A stretch of 31,661 bases of DNA from an uncultured Candidatus Saccharibacteria bacterium (GTDB taxonomy: Bacteria; Patescibacteriota; Minisyncoccia; Phycocordibacterales; CSBR16-119), in NCBI GenBank assembly GCA_964550665.1, contig CAZJZW010000002.1:1-31661 (forward strand), in the 5' to 3' direction. The translations under genes were made by a program, and so were the position numbers. Numbering within the stretch: the first letter of the stretch is position 1; each line of letters begins with the position of its first letter. Of this stretch, positions 16,328-24,176 are shown in pieces. The notes under the pieces are model-generated. The model ran no database searches and was not told the origin of the DNA. It worked only from the letters and a program-made list of their open reading frames with translations.

Positions 16328-17266
16328 ATGCCAGAATTACCAGAAGTTGAAACAACTGTAAGAGGTCTTAACCAGACAGTTAAGGGTTTAATTATTAAAG
16401 AAGTTTGGAGCGATCTCCCAAAGAAAAACCACGCCCGAAAAGATGAAATAAAAAATCTGGCTTTTTGGAAGAGCTTCCAAAAAAATGTTGTTGGAGCAAA
16501 AATCCTAAAAACAGAGCGACACGGTAAAAACATTTTCATAAGACTTTCAAACGGTTACACAGTCCTGATCCACATGAAAATGACAGGTCACCTTCTTTTC
16601 GGCAAATACAGAATTGGTAAACAAGAAGACGGAGAGGCTCACCATAACTGGACGTGGTGGCCAGAGAAAGACACTTCCCTTCAAGACCCATATAACAGAT
16701 TCATCCATTTCTTAATTCATTTTACAAATGGAAAGCATCTCGCTTTTTGTGATTCAAGGAAATTTGGAAAGGTAACACTCATAAAAACAGACGACTCAAC
16801 TGCGAAACATATTAAAGATTTGGGAGTAGACGCTCTTAACCCTTTGATGAATTACAATCTATTTAAAGAAAAGATCGGCAAGAAACCAAACGGAAGAATT
16901 AAAAATGTTTTAATGGATCAGAGTTTAATCACTGGCATCGGAAATATTTACTCTGACGAGATGCTGTGGCTTTCGGGTATTCATCCAGAAGAACCTGTGA
17001 GAAACATCCCAGAAGAAAAAGTGAAAAAGATGTTTCTTTCGATGAAGCCACTCTTAGAAAAAGGAATAGATTTTGGCGGAGACTCGATGTCGGATTATAG
17101 AAACATTCACGGAGAAAAAGGTAAGTTCCAAAACAAACACAATGTCTATGGAAAAAACAGAGAGCGGTGCGGGAAGAAAAATTGTACCGGTGTTATAATA
17201 AGGAAAGTAGTCGGAGGTAGAAGTGCACACTTTTGTCCGGTTCATCAAGTTTTAGAAAATAAATAG
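16328..17266 (+). CDS. mutM: Formamidopyrimidine-DNA glycosylase / AP lyase
   Basis: N-terminal MPELPEVE, HMKMTG, DSRKFG, H2TH motif GIGNIYSDE, and C-terminal zinc finger CGKKNC...CPVHQ. Confidence 0.97.
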   Translation: MPELPEVETTVRGLNQTVKGLIIKEVWSDLPKKNHARKDEIKNLAFWKSFQKNVVGAKILKTERHGKNIFIRLSNGYTVLIHMKMTGHLLFGKYRIGKQEDGEAHHNWTWWPEKDTSLQDPYNRFIHFLIHFTNGKHLAFCDSRKFGKVTLIKTDDSTAKHIKDLGVDALNPLMNYNLFKEKIGKKPNGRIKNVLMDQSLITGIGNIYSDEMLWLSGIHPEEPVRNIPEEKVKKMFLSMKPLLEKGIDFGGDSMSDYRNIHGEKGKFQNKHNVYGKNRERCGKKNCTGVIIRKVVGGRSAHFCPVHQVLENK

Positions 17267-17278
17267 AAAAAATAATTT

Positions 17279-17449
17279 ATGATGGTAGATGTTTTAAAAT
17301 GGTTTCTGATTATGTTCTTCGGACTTTTTATTCTTTGGGTTATCACAGGGGGTCCAGAGCGAGGTGGCGGAACAACTCCGATTATCTCTGCTCCGACAGG
17401 AATAGGTAGTCCAGGGTTTATACCACAATCAAATCCTTCGGGAAACTAA
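17279..17449 (+). CDS. Small single-TM protein (56 aa)
   Basis: Manual translation MMVDVLKWFLIMFFGLFILWVITGGPERGGGTTPIISAPTGIGSPGFIPQSNPSGN*; exactly fills the gap between mutM and the TrmH gene. Confidence 0.65.
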   Translation: MMVDVLKWFLIMFFGLFILWVITGGPERGGGTTPIISAPTGIGSPGFIPQSNPSGN

Positions 17450-17919
17450 ATATTTAAAATTCGAAAAAGTGCGACACCAGTTGCCACAGAAATATTTAAA
17501 GATTCTTTCTTCCCTTTCATTGGTATTTCCGCCACAACGTCAGAGAGCTCTAACATTTCTTTCTCTACTCCCATAACTTCGTTTCCTACGATAAAAACAT
17601 TTTTCCCCCCTATCACAACCTTTTTATAGTCGACAGAATTTTCTGTTTGTTCGATAGAAATGATTTTAAAATTTTCTTCTTTAAGTTTTTTTAAAGTCTC
17701 TATTATATTTTCTGAGAATTCCCAAGCGATAGATTCTTCGGCGCCAAGAGCTGACTTGGCAATATCACCTCTCTTTCTTCCAAAGCGATCCGTGGGCATC
17801 GGTGAGTAACCAGATAAAAATATTTTTGAAATTCCACACGCGTCAGCCGTACGAAAAATAGCTCCGACGTTTTGAGCGCTTCGGATGTCATGAAGAATTA
17901 AAATATTTTCTGTTTTCAT
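17446..17919 (-). CDS. TrmH/SpoU (SPOUT) family RNA methyltransferase
   Basis: LHDIRSAQNVGAIFRTADACG, IVGNEVMGV and IPMKGKKESLNISVATG. Confidence 0.93.
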   Translation of the reverse strand: MKTENILILHDIRSAQNVGAIFRTADACGISKIFLSGYSPMPTDRFGRKRGDIAKSALGAEESIAWEFSENIIETLKKLKEENFKIISIEQTENSVDYKKVVIGGKNVFIVGNEVMGVEKEMLELSDVVAEIPMKGKKESLNISVATGVALFRILNI

Positions 17920-18014
17920 TAGAAGCATATTACACCAATTGACCAAAAGATAAAAGTTGTGTATATTCGTATAGTATTTTTAATCTCTTATTTGAGATTT
18001 TAAAGTATCCTCTT

Positions 18015-18059
18015 CCGCCGACGCATCTGCTCTGGCGAGACAGGCTCCGCTCAGTGCGG
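18015..18059. repeat. GC-rich REP-like sequence upstream of tRNA-Lys
   Basis: ccgccgacgcatctgctctggcgagacagg...; shares cgcatctgc and ggcgagacagg with the insertion in the RluA gene (1314-1359). Confidence 0.55.
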
Positions 18060-18070
18060 TGAAAAAACAT

Positions 18071-18143
18071 CCTCTCGTAGCTCAGTTGGTAGAGCAGCTC
18101 CCTTTTAAGGAGACGGTCGTTGGTTCAATTCCAACCGAGGGGA
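18071..18143 (+). tRNA. tRNA-Lys(TTT)
   Basis: CCTCTCG/CGAGGGG acceptor stem, D arm AGCTCAGTTGGTAGAGC, anticodon loop CTTTTAA, T loop TTCAATT. Confidence 0.95.
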
Positions 18144-18144
18144 C

Positions 18145-18188
18145 AATAAGAAAAATCTCTGACTTTTTAGTTAGAGATTTTTCTTATT
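18145..18188 (+). terminator. 19-bp stem hairpin after tRNA-Lys
   Basis: aataagaaaaatctctgac-ttttta-gttagagatttttcttatt. Confidence 0.75.
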
Positions 18189-18193
18189 GATTT

Positions 18194-18293
18194 CCGAGGG
18201 AGGAATTGAACCGAAGGCGCCCATTTTTAAAGAGTGAAGCGATTATAAAAATGGAGCGTTTCGACCAAAGGGAGAGGCGATTCCAACCGAGGG
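18194..18293. mobile_element. tRNA-Lys-associated element bounded by copies of the tRNA T-arm/3' end
   Basis: Inverted ggaattgaacc at 18202-18212; direct attccaaccgaggg at 18280-18293 (equals tRNA 18128-18141). Confidence 0.55.
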
Positions 18294-18389
18294 TATAAAA
18301 ATTATAGATTTTTGTGAGATTTATTTTTCTTGCCAAACACCTCTAAAAAACATAAAATTAAGAAATTAGCAGGTAATCTTAAATATTAA

Positions 18390-18842
18390 ATGAACAAACA
18401 AACATTGATTTCAGTAATCGTTATCTCCGTAGCAGCAATCATCGGACTTGTTATCTTGCAACAATCAAGTAACAAGGAGGCTGGTAAACCAGGACAATAC
18501 AACTCCCTAGCAACATGTCTTGGAGAAGCAGGTGCAAAGTTCTATGGTGCATTTTGGTGTCCACATTGTAATAACCAAAAGAAAGCTTTTGGAAAATCGA
18601 GTGAATTACTTCCTTATGTAGAATGTTCTACTCCAGATGGAAAAGGTCAAACACAAGTTTGTTTAGACAACCAAATCCAAAGTTACCCGACATGGATCTT
18701 TGCTGACGGAACACGACTTACAGGGGAACAAACACCACAAGCTCTCGCAGAGAAAACAGCTTGTGAGGCAACATTACCTGCAAACCCAACAGAGGAAGTT
18801 GACCTAGAAAAAAATACATCTTCAGAGGCACCCCTAAGTTAA
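18390..18842 (+). CDS. Membrane-anchored thioredoxin-fold disulfide oxidoreductase (VKOR-partner type)
   Basis: N-terminal TM segment, GAKFYGAFWCPHC, LPYVEC and IQSYPTW (cis-Pro). Confidence 0.88.
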   Translation: MNKQTLISVIVISVAAIIGLVILQQSSNKEAGKPGQYNSLATCLGEAGAKFYGAFWCPHCNNQKKAFGKSSELLPYVECSTPDGKGQTQVCLDNQIQSYPTWIFADGTRLTGEQTPQALAEKTACEATLPANPTEEVDLEKNTSSEAPLS

Positions 18843-18843
18843 T

Positions 18844-19371
18844 ATGGAAAATCTAGCAAATACAACAAATATTTTACTCAGTATTGGTACACTATTTATT
18901 CAAATCGTTTCTGTTTTGCTCTTAGTAATGATTTTTACTAAAGATAAAGGGCCTTTGGCAAAATGGTTTAGTGATAAGTCTTTGTTTTTGGTCTTTATAG
19001 TAATGGCTGGATCAATGGTGGCAAGCTTATTCTATTCTGAAGTTATCGGCTATCTACCATGTCTTATGTGTTGGTATCAAAGAATCGCAATCTACTCTTT
19101 GGCAATAATATCTTTTGTGGCTATCGTTAAAAAAACAAGCCAAGATGTTTGGAAATATATAAGTACATTGGCTTTCCTCGGTGCTATAGTTGCCGCTTTC
19201 CACGTGTTCTCACGAACAACAAATAGTGAGATCTTTGACTGCTCTGCTGTCGGCCCATCTTGTCTTCAAGAACTATTTACGAAGTTTGGATACATTGATA
19301 TTCCAGTAATGTCCCTGACAGCTCTCATCTTCGTACTCCTTATCGTGGTAAACAGAAAAAGATTTAACTAA
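18844..19371 (+). CDS. DsbB/BdbC-family disulfide bond formation protein
   Basis: SLFYSEVIGYLPCLMCWYQRIAIY, second Cys pair CSAVGPSC, FGYIDIPVMSL; multiple TM helices. Confidence 0.9.
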   Translation: MENLANTTNILLSIGTLFIQIVSVLLLVMIFTKDKGPLAKWFSDKSLFLVFIVMAGSMVASLFYSEVIGYLPCLMCWYQRIAIYSLAIISFVAIVKKTSQDVWKYISTLAFLGAIVAAFHVFSRTTNSEIFDCSAVGPSCLQELFTKFGYIDIPVMSLTALIFVLLIVVNRKRFN

Positions 19372-19384
19372 GTAGGGGCCAAAT

Positions 19385-19408
19385 AAAAAATCCCGCAAGG
19401 GATTTTTT
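19385..19408 (+). terminator. Intrinsic terminator
   Basis: aaaaaatccc-gcaa-gggatttttt. Confidence 0.85.
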
Positions 19409-19449
19409 AGTTGAATCAAATCCTCTGACGCTTAAAATATATCGTTAAG

Positions 19450-19563
19450 AAATTTATTTGATTTGCTTTAGAAACTGATGCTGTTTGACTATGTAAATAA
19501 AGTGTCTAAACACTTTATTTACATAGGAGTTCATCTGTTTCTTAGCCAAAATCGAATAAATTT
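19450..19563. repeat. 114-nt imperfect foldback with a 17-bp perfect core
   Basis: Core ctatgtaaataaagtgt-ctaa-acactttatttacatag (19489-19526); outer stem aaatttatttgattt / aaatcgaataaattt. Confidence 0.7.
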
Positions 19564-19633
19564 TAGAATATATTTTTCCGCGTCTTGGCTTTTTGCTTAC
19601 TTTTTTGCTAAGAAAAAAGTAAGAGGACCTTAG

Positions 19634-19680
19634 TTATCCACAAAAAACATTTTGTCCTTTATGTCCTTTAGAAGTATAAT
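19634..19680 (+). promoter_or_regulatory. DnaA-box-like TTATCCACA followed by promoter TTGTCC-N17-TATAAT
   Basis: TTATCCACA at 19634-19642, -35 at 19652-19657, -10 at 19675-19680. Confidence 0.6.
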
Positions 19681-19685
19681 AAAAA

Positions 19686-19985
19686 CGTTCGAGGATTTAG
19701 AAGAACTAAGAGATACATAGTCGCCCACTTTTTGGGTCCACAATAAATTAAGTATCATCATATTCTCGCAAACATTCGAACAGCAAAAGCCTGATCAAAT
19801 TCGTACAGGGGAACGAAAAACAATTAAATAGAATCTAGTCGACGGACTACTAAACGTGGATTTGTACATTTGAAGAAGTTAAGTTTGTTCTTTCCTAGAC
19901 GTAACCATTCGTCACACGCCGTTATAGGCGACAATTTTAGATGAAGCAAAGACCTGAACGTATTTTATTTAGTTTGGGTCTTTCG
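19686..19985 (+). ncRNA. Candidate standalone non-coding RNA (about 300 nt)
   Basis: Own promoter, no credible ORF, several hairpins, and a terminal hairpin with G-U pairs on +; family not identified. Confidence 0.4.
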
Positions 19986-20028
19986 CATTTTTGGGGCACT
20001 TTTACCTTATTTTGTAAGGTTTTTTTAT

Positions 20029-20742
20029 TTAAAGAGTCTTGAGTATAAAAAGCTCTAGATCTGTAGCCAGATTTTCACCTCGACGATCATCGTGATATAA
20101 AAATACTAGATTTTTCAAAGCATTTTTAAGCTTTTCTTCTTCCCAAACCTTCGAAGCTCCGATTGTCTTTTTAAAAACAAAAGGATTTAGACCTGTTTTT
20201 TTAATATCTTCATCACTGGAAGTCTTTCCTTTCACTAAAATCAAGTTTTTTATAGACCAAATTAAAATATTTGCCACATCCATCGCTGGAACATTGTTTT
20301 TCAAAGCTTTTTGAAGTAAAACCCAAGTTTGCTTCTTATCTTTTCTAGAAAAAGCATCTGTTAGAGAGAAAATATTGAATTTATCATCCTTTTTTAAGGT
20401 GACATCAAAAAAGTTAATGTTTTTAACCTTTTTTTCAATAGGCTTCAGGTCTGTTTTGGTCAGACCAGACTCGAGAAAGAAGAAAACGTTCTCTGAGCCT
20501 TCAATTTCTTTAGCTTTCTTGAAAATAACAGACCTGTTAGATTCGTCAGATAAGACAGAGTCTAATATAAGAGCGGTTTTTGTCCCAAACAAACTTTGGC
20601 TTTCTATATAGTTTTCAAACTCCGCGATATTAAACGTATTTTCATCCATATAAACCTTGTCGTATAGAGAAAAGCGCTTGAAATCTAATTCAAACGCTTT
20701 CTTTTTATTTTCAAAGTTTTTCCCAGAGTATACGTATATCAT
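20029..20742 (-). CDS. holA: DNA polymerase III delta subunit (HolA)-like, short form
   Basis: YIESQSLFGTKTALIL, FNIFSLTDAFSRKDKK and ELFIL C-terminus. Confidence 0.75.
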   Translation of the reverse strand: MIYVYSGKNFENKKKAFELDFKRFSLYDKVYMDENTFNIAEFENYIESQSLFGTKTALILDSVLSDESNRSVIFKKAKEIEGSENVFFFLESGLTKTDLKPIEKKVKNINFFDVTLKKDDKFNIFSLTDAFSRKDKKQTWVLLQKALKNNVPAMDVANILIWSIKNLILVKGKTSSDEDIKKTGLNPFVFKKTIGASKVWEEEKLKNALKNLVFLYHDDRRGENLATDLELFILKTL

Positions 20743-20755
20743 CGCCTTTTTTAGA

Positions 20756-21223
20756 CTACAACCACTTTCTCACTTTACTCTTATATTCTTTATACAGGTC
20801 ACCATGTCTCTCTTCAAGAAGAGCCTCTTCTTTACCTAAAAAGTATATATTAACGATAATTCCAGAAAGGATTGATGTTCCGATAATAAAAGGAGTGTTT
20901 AAAATAAGCCCAAGACCAATTAAAAGGAAGCTAAGACCCAGATATTTAGGATTTCGAGTATATTTGTATGGTCCACTACTAAAATCATCTACGTGTCCCA
21001 CGTTCTTCGATTTTCTCTTGTGAGAATACTCCTCGCCGTGTTTTTCTGCAGAATAGATAACCAATGTAGCAAGAACTACTAATGCCAGACCAATATACTG
21101 ATTCAAAGGTTCAGCCATAAATCTCATTGGGAAGAAAATATCGAGCAAAACTCCTAAGAAAAGCCCTAGGGCAAAAACTGAAATCGAATATGAACTTAAA
21201 TGTGATACGCTATTTTTTTCCAT
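20756..21223 (-). CDS. Isoprenylcysteine carboxyl methyltransferase (ICMT/PEMT)-family membrane protein
   Basis: SGPYKYTRNPKYLG and EEALLEERHGDLYKEYKSKVRKWL. Confidence 0.85.
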   Translation of the reverse strand: MEKNSVSHLSSYSISVFALGLFLGVLLDIFFPMRFMAEPLNQYIGLALVVLATLVIYSAEKHGEEYSHKRKSKNVGHVDDFSSGPYKYTRNPKYLGLSFLLIGLGLILNTPFIIGTSILSGIIVNIYFLGKEEALLEERHGDLYKEYKSKVRKWL

Positions 21224-21274
21224 AACTTCATTATACCAAATATTTTCTTCTAGCAAATTTAGAAGGGTTAAAAC

Positions 21275-23653
21275 TTATTTAAGCTCTCCCCAATTATTCC
21301 CTATCGCAAAATTCACATTAAGAGGAACCTCTGGAATATATTTAATAAAAGAATTTTCTAACACATGTTCCATCGTATCTTCGATAATCTTTGAGGCTTT
21401 CTCTGCGACAGATTCTTCTATTTCATAGATTAGTTCATCATGAATTTGTAAAATCGGGAAAACTTTGTCGTTTAAGCCTTCCTTATCGATTCGCCCATCT
21501 ATCATCTTCATTGCAAGCTTGATAATATCTGCAGAAGTCCCCTGTATCGGCGCATTGATAGCCATTCGCTCTGCCATCGCACGAATAAATGGAAGTGTGG
21601 AGTTTATCCCTCCAAAGTAACGCCGTCGCTTAAAGAGTGTTTCTGTATACCCGAACTTTCTAACAAAGTTTTTCGTATCATCTAAATAATTTTTGATTGA
21701 ACCAAACTGCTCAAAATATTCATCATAAAACTTTTGCGCTTCTTCTTTACTTGTTCCAATATTTTTCTTTAAAGCTAAAACTCCCATTCCGTAGAGAATC
21801 CCGAAGTTTATGATTTTTGCCATTCGTCTCATTTCTCTATCTACTTTATCCTCTGTTACATTAAAAACTTTTGCTGCAACTGCCGCGTGAATGTCTTTTC
21901 CTTCATTAAACGTTTTTATCATATATTCGTCCCCGGCAAACATCGCCGCGATCCGAAGCTCGATTTGAGAATAATCAAATGAAACAAATTTAAAGCCGGG
22001 TGCTGCGACAAAAGCATTTCTTATAGCGCGACCCAGATCACTTCGTGTAGGGATATTTTGCAAGTTTGGATTGTTCGAAGAAAATCTACCAGTCGAAGAT
22101 CCGTGTTGAATAAACTCTGCGTGAAGTCGCCCATCTTCTCTTACCAAGTCCGGCAACACATCTATATAAGTAGACAGAAGCTTTTGAAGTTCACGAAAAT
22201 CCATTATTTTTTTTATAATCTCATATTCATCTTCTAGTTTTTCAAGAGTAGAAATGTCTGTTGAATATCCTCCGCTAGCTGACTTTTTAATTCCCTTCGT
22301 CGGGAGAGCCATTTTAGTAAACAAAATTTCTGAAAGTTGCTTAGGAGACTTTATGTTAAATTCTTCACCAGCTATTTTATAAATGTCTTTTTCTAAAACA
22401 TCTAATTTTTTGTGATAGTCTTTGCTTAAAACTTTTAAATATTTTGTGTCGAGTAGAACTCCTCGGTCTTCCATTTTTTTAATCACAGGAATGATCGGCG
22501 CTTCGATTTCTTCATAAACTTTTTCAAGATTTCTTTTCTTCACTTCTTTCCAAATAATCTTCTTTGCTTCATCAAAACTTCTCGTTTTTGCAAAGTCTAA
22601 AATATCATCAATTTTTGGATTGGTTTTTTCAGAGTCAATAAGCCAAAGTGCAATAGAAACTTTTCGGAGTTCTTCATCGCTAACACTTTGCGTTTCCTGC
22701 TGATCTTCTATAGCTTCAACTTGAGTATTTTCTCCGGTTATCACTTTTCTAAACCGGCTACCCAAACTTTTAAATTCAAATCTTTCAAAAACTTTTTCAA
22801 TATGTTTAAAATCCACTGATTCTTTCCAGTGTTTTTCTGGTAAAGAAAACTCCACCGGAACATCTCGCATGATAGTCGCTAGCGTTTTTGAAAACAGAGC
22901 TTCTTCTTCTCCTTCTTCGAGAAGCTTAACTATTCGGTCGGTGATTCCAGCTTTCTTGAAAGCCTCTTTACTCTTCTTTAATTTTTTATAGATATCTTCA
23001 ATGCTTCCAAATTCTGTGATGAGTGTTGTCGCTGTTTTTTCTCCAATCCCAACAATCCCGATTATGTTATCTGATGGATCACCTCGAAGACCTTTATAGT
23101 CTGGCAACATTTTTGGACCAAAACCAAACCGGTCTTTCACTGCTTTTTCATCATACAAAACAGTGTCAGTAAGACCACGCTTTAAGGTGAAAACCTGGAC
23201 TTGTTTTTTATCTACAAGCTGAAGGGTATCCATATCACCTGAGGAAATTATCACTTCGTTGTCGTTGTCTTTTTTTAAAATCTCAGCCAGTGTTCCTAGT
23301 AAATCATCAGCTTCATACCCTTTCTTTTCGTAATACGGAATAGAAAATGCATCCATCAGTGCTCTCGACTTTTTTATCTGATCATTTAATTCGTCGTCGT
23401 TTTTCTTTCTGTTTGCTTTGTACGTCGAAGCCTGCTCACTTCGAAATGTTCCACCCGGCATATCGTAACAAGCAATAATATAGTCTGGATTCAAAGTACT
23501 TGCGATAGAGAGAATCATCGTAGATAGTCCGTAAAGCGCACCGGTAGGCTCGCCACTGGCGGTAGAAAAATCAGGCAAGGCGTGATAAGCGCGATGAATA
23601 ATCGCATGTGTATCAAGTAAAACTATTCTTTTTTTATTTTTTAAGTCAGGCAT
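21275..23653 (-). CDS. polA: DNA polymerase I (5'-3' exonuclease plus polymerase; proofreading domain reduced)
   Basis: LLDTHAIIHRAYHA, YEADD, GDPSDNIIG, TGRFSSNNPNLQNIP, DYSQIELRI, INFGILYG and QIHDEL. Confidence 0.97.
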   Translation of the reverse strand: MPDLKNKKRIVLLDTHAIIHRAYHALPDFSTASGEPTGALYGLSTMILSIASTLNPDYIIACYDMPGGTFRSEQASTYKANRKKNDDELNDQIKKSRALMDAFSIPYYEKKGYEADDLLGTLAEILKKDNDNEVIISSGDMDTLQLVDKKQVQVFTLKRGLTDTVLYDEKAVKDRFGFGPKMLPDYKGLRGDPSDNIIGIVGIGEKTATTLITEFGSIEDIYKKLKKSKEAFKKAGITDRIVKLLEEGEEEALFSKTLATIMRDVPVEFSLPEKHWKESVDFKHIEKVFERFEFKSLGSRFRKVITGENTQVEAIEDQQETQSVSDEELRKVSIALWLIDSEKTNPKIDDILDFAKTRSFDEAKKIIWKEVKKRNLEKVYEEIEAPIIPVIKKMEDRGVLLDTKYLKVLSKDYHKKLDVLEKDIYKIAGEEFNIKSPKQLSEILFTKMALPTKGIKKSASGGYSTDISTLEKLEDEYEIIKKIMDFRELQKLLSTYIDVLPDLVREDGRLHAEFIQHGSSTGRFSSNNPNLQNIPTRSDLGRAIRNAFVAAPGFKFVSFDYSQIELRIAAMFAGDEYMIKTFNEGKDIHAAVAAKVFNVTEDKVDREMRRMAKIINFGILYGMGVLALKKNIGTSKEEAQKFYDEYFEQFGSIKNYLDDTKNFVRKFGYTETLFKRRRYFGGINSTLPFIRAMAERMAINAPIQGTSADIIKLAMKMIDGRIDKEGLNDKVFPILQIHDELIYEIEESVAEKASKIIEDTMEHVLENSFIKYIPEVPLNVNFAIGNNWGELK

Positions 23654-23655
23654 AT

Positions 23656-24111
23656 TTAATATATTATTTTTCTTTCGTCACCTTCTCCGTGCTCGATTTT
23701 TATTTCTATCATACCGGCTGGTGCATTTTCCCAAATCTGATTCGGCCACTCTACAAACAAAATATTTGAATTATCATTTTTATAATCTTCCCATTTTATA
23801 GCTTCTAAACTTTTCTCATCTTCTAGTCTGTATAAGTCCATATGAACCAATCTTTTAAACTCGTGATTTTCCTTATGTCTATTTTCTTCGGTTATTTCAT
23901 ATATCTTTTGAATAACAAATGTCGGACTTAAGATAGTTTCTTGTACTTCAAAAAACTCTGCGACGCCTTTCATAAAAGTAGTCTTTCCTGCGCCCAGCTC
24001 CCCCACGAGCCCAACAAAAATGGGACCTTTTTTCTGCCTAGAAATAATATCTTTTATAATCTCCTCTGCCACTTTTTTAGTTTCATTGGGAGAGTTTGTT
24101 ATGTATTCCAT
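23656..24111 (-). CDS. tsaE: tRNA threonylcarbamoyladenosine biosynthesis ATPase TsaE
   Basis: GELGAGKTT, SPTFVI, HMDLYRL and FVEWP. Confidence 0.95.
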   Translation of the reverse strand: MEYITNSPNETKKVAEEIIKDIISRQKKGPIFVGLVGELGAGKTTFMKGVAEFFEVQETILSPTFVIQKIYEITEENRHKENHEFKRLVHMDLYRLEDEKSLEAIKWEDYKNDNSNILFVEWPNQIWENAPAGMIEIKIEHGEGDERKIIY

Positions 24112-24125
24112 GAGTCTATTTTAAC

Positions 24126-24158
24126 ACAAAAGCCCGACGCTTCGCGTCGGGCTTTTGT
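24126..24158. terminator. Palindromic terminator, copy 1
   Basis: acaaaagcccgacgc-ttc-gcgtcgggcttttgt. Confidence 0.8.
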
Positions 24159-24176
24159 TTCTATTTTATTAGCAAT

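Noticed and set aside
19634-19642. Perfect DnaA box as evidence for oriC
   Set aside because: Only one perfect box is visible and there are no dnaA/dnaN genes in the window; insufficient to call an origin.
19767-19793. GCA AAC ATT CGA ACA GCA AAA GCC TGA (ANIRTAKA*) looks like a tmRNA tag; GGGGAACG follows at 19807.
   Set aside because: There is no tRNA-like domain (no T-arm plus CCA acceptor end), and the order of tag and GGGG fits neither standard nor permuted tmRNA.
21275-23653. PolA about 100-140 aa shorter than typical, and short HolA (20029-20742)
   Set aside because: Loss of the proofreading domain and reduced clamp-loader subunits are expected in streamlined genomes; there is no frameshift or internal stop.
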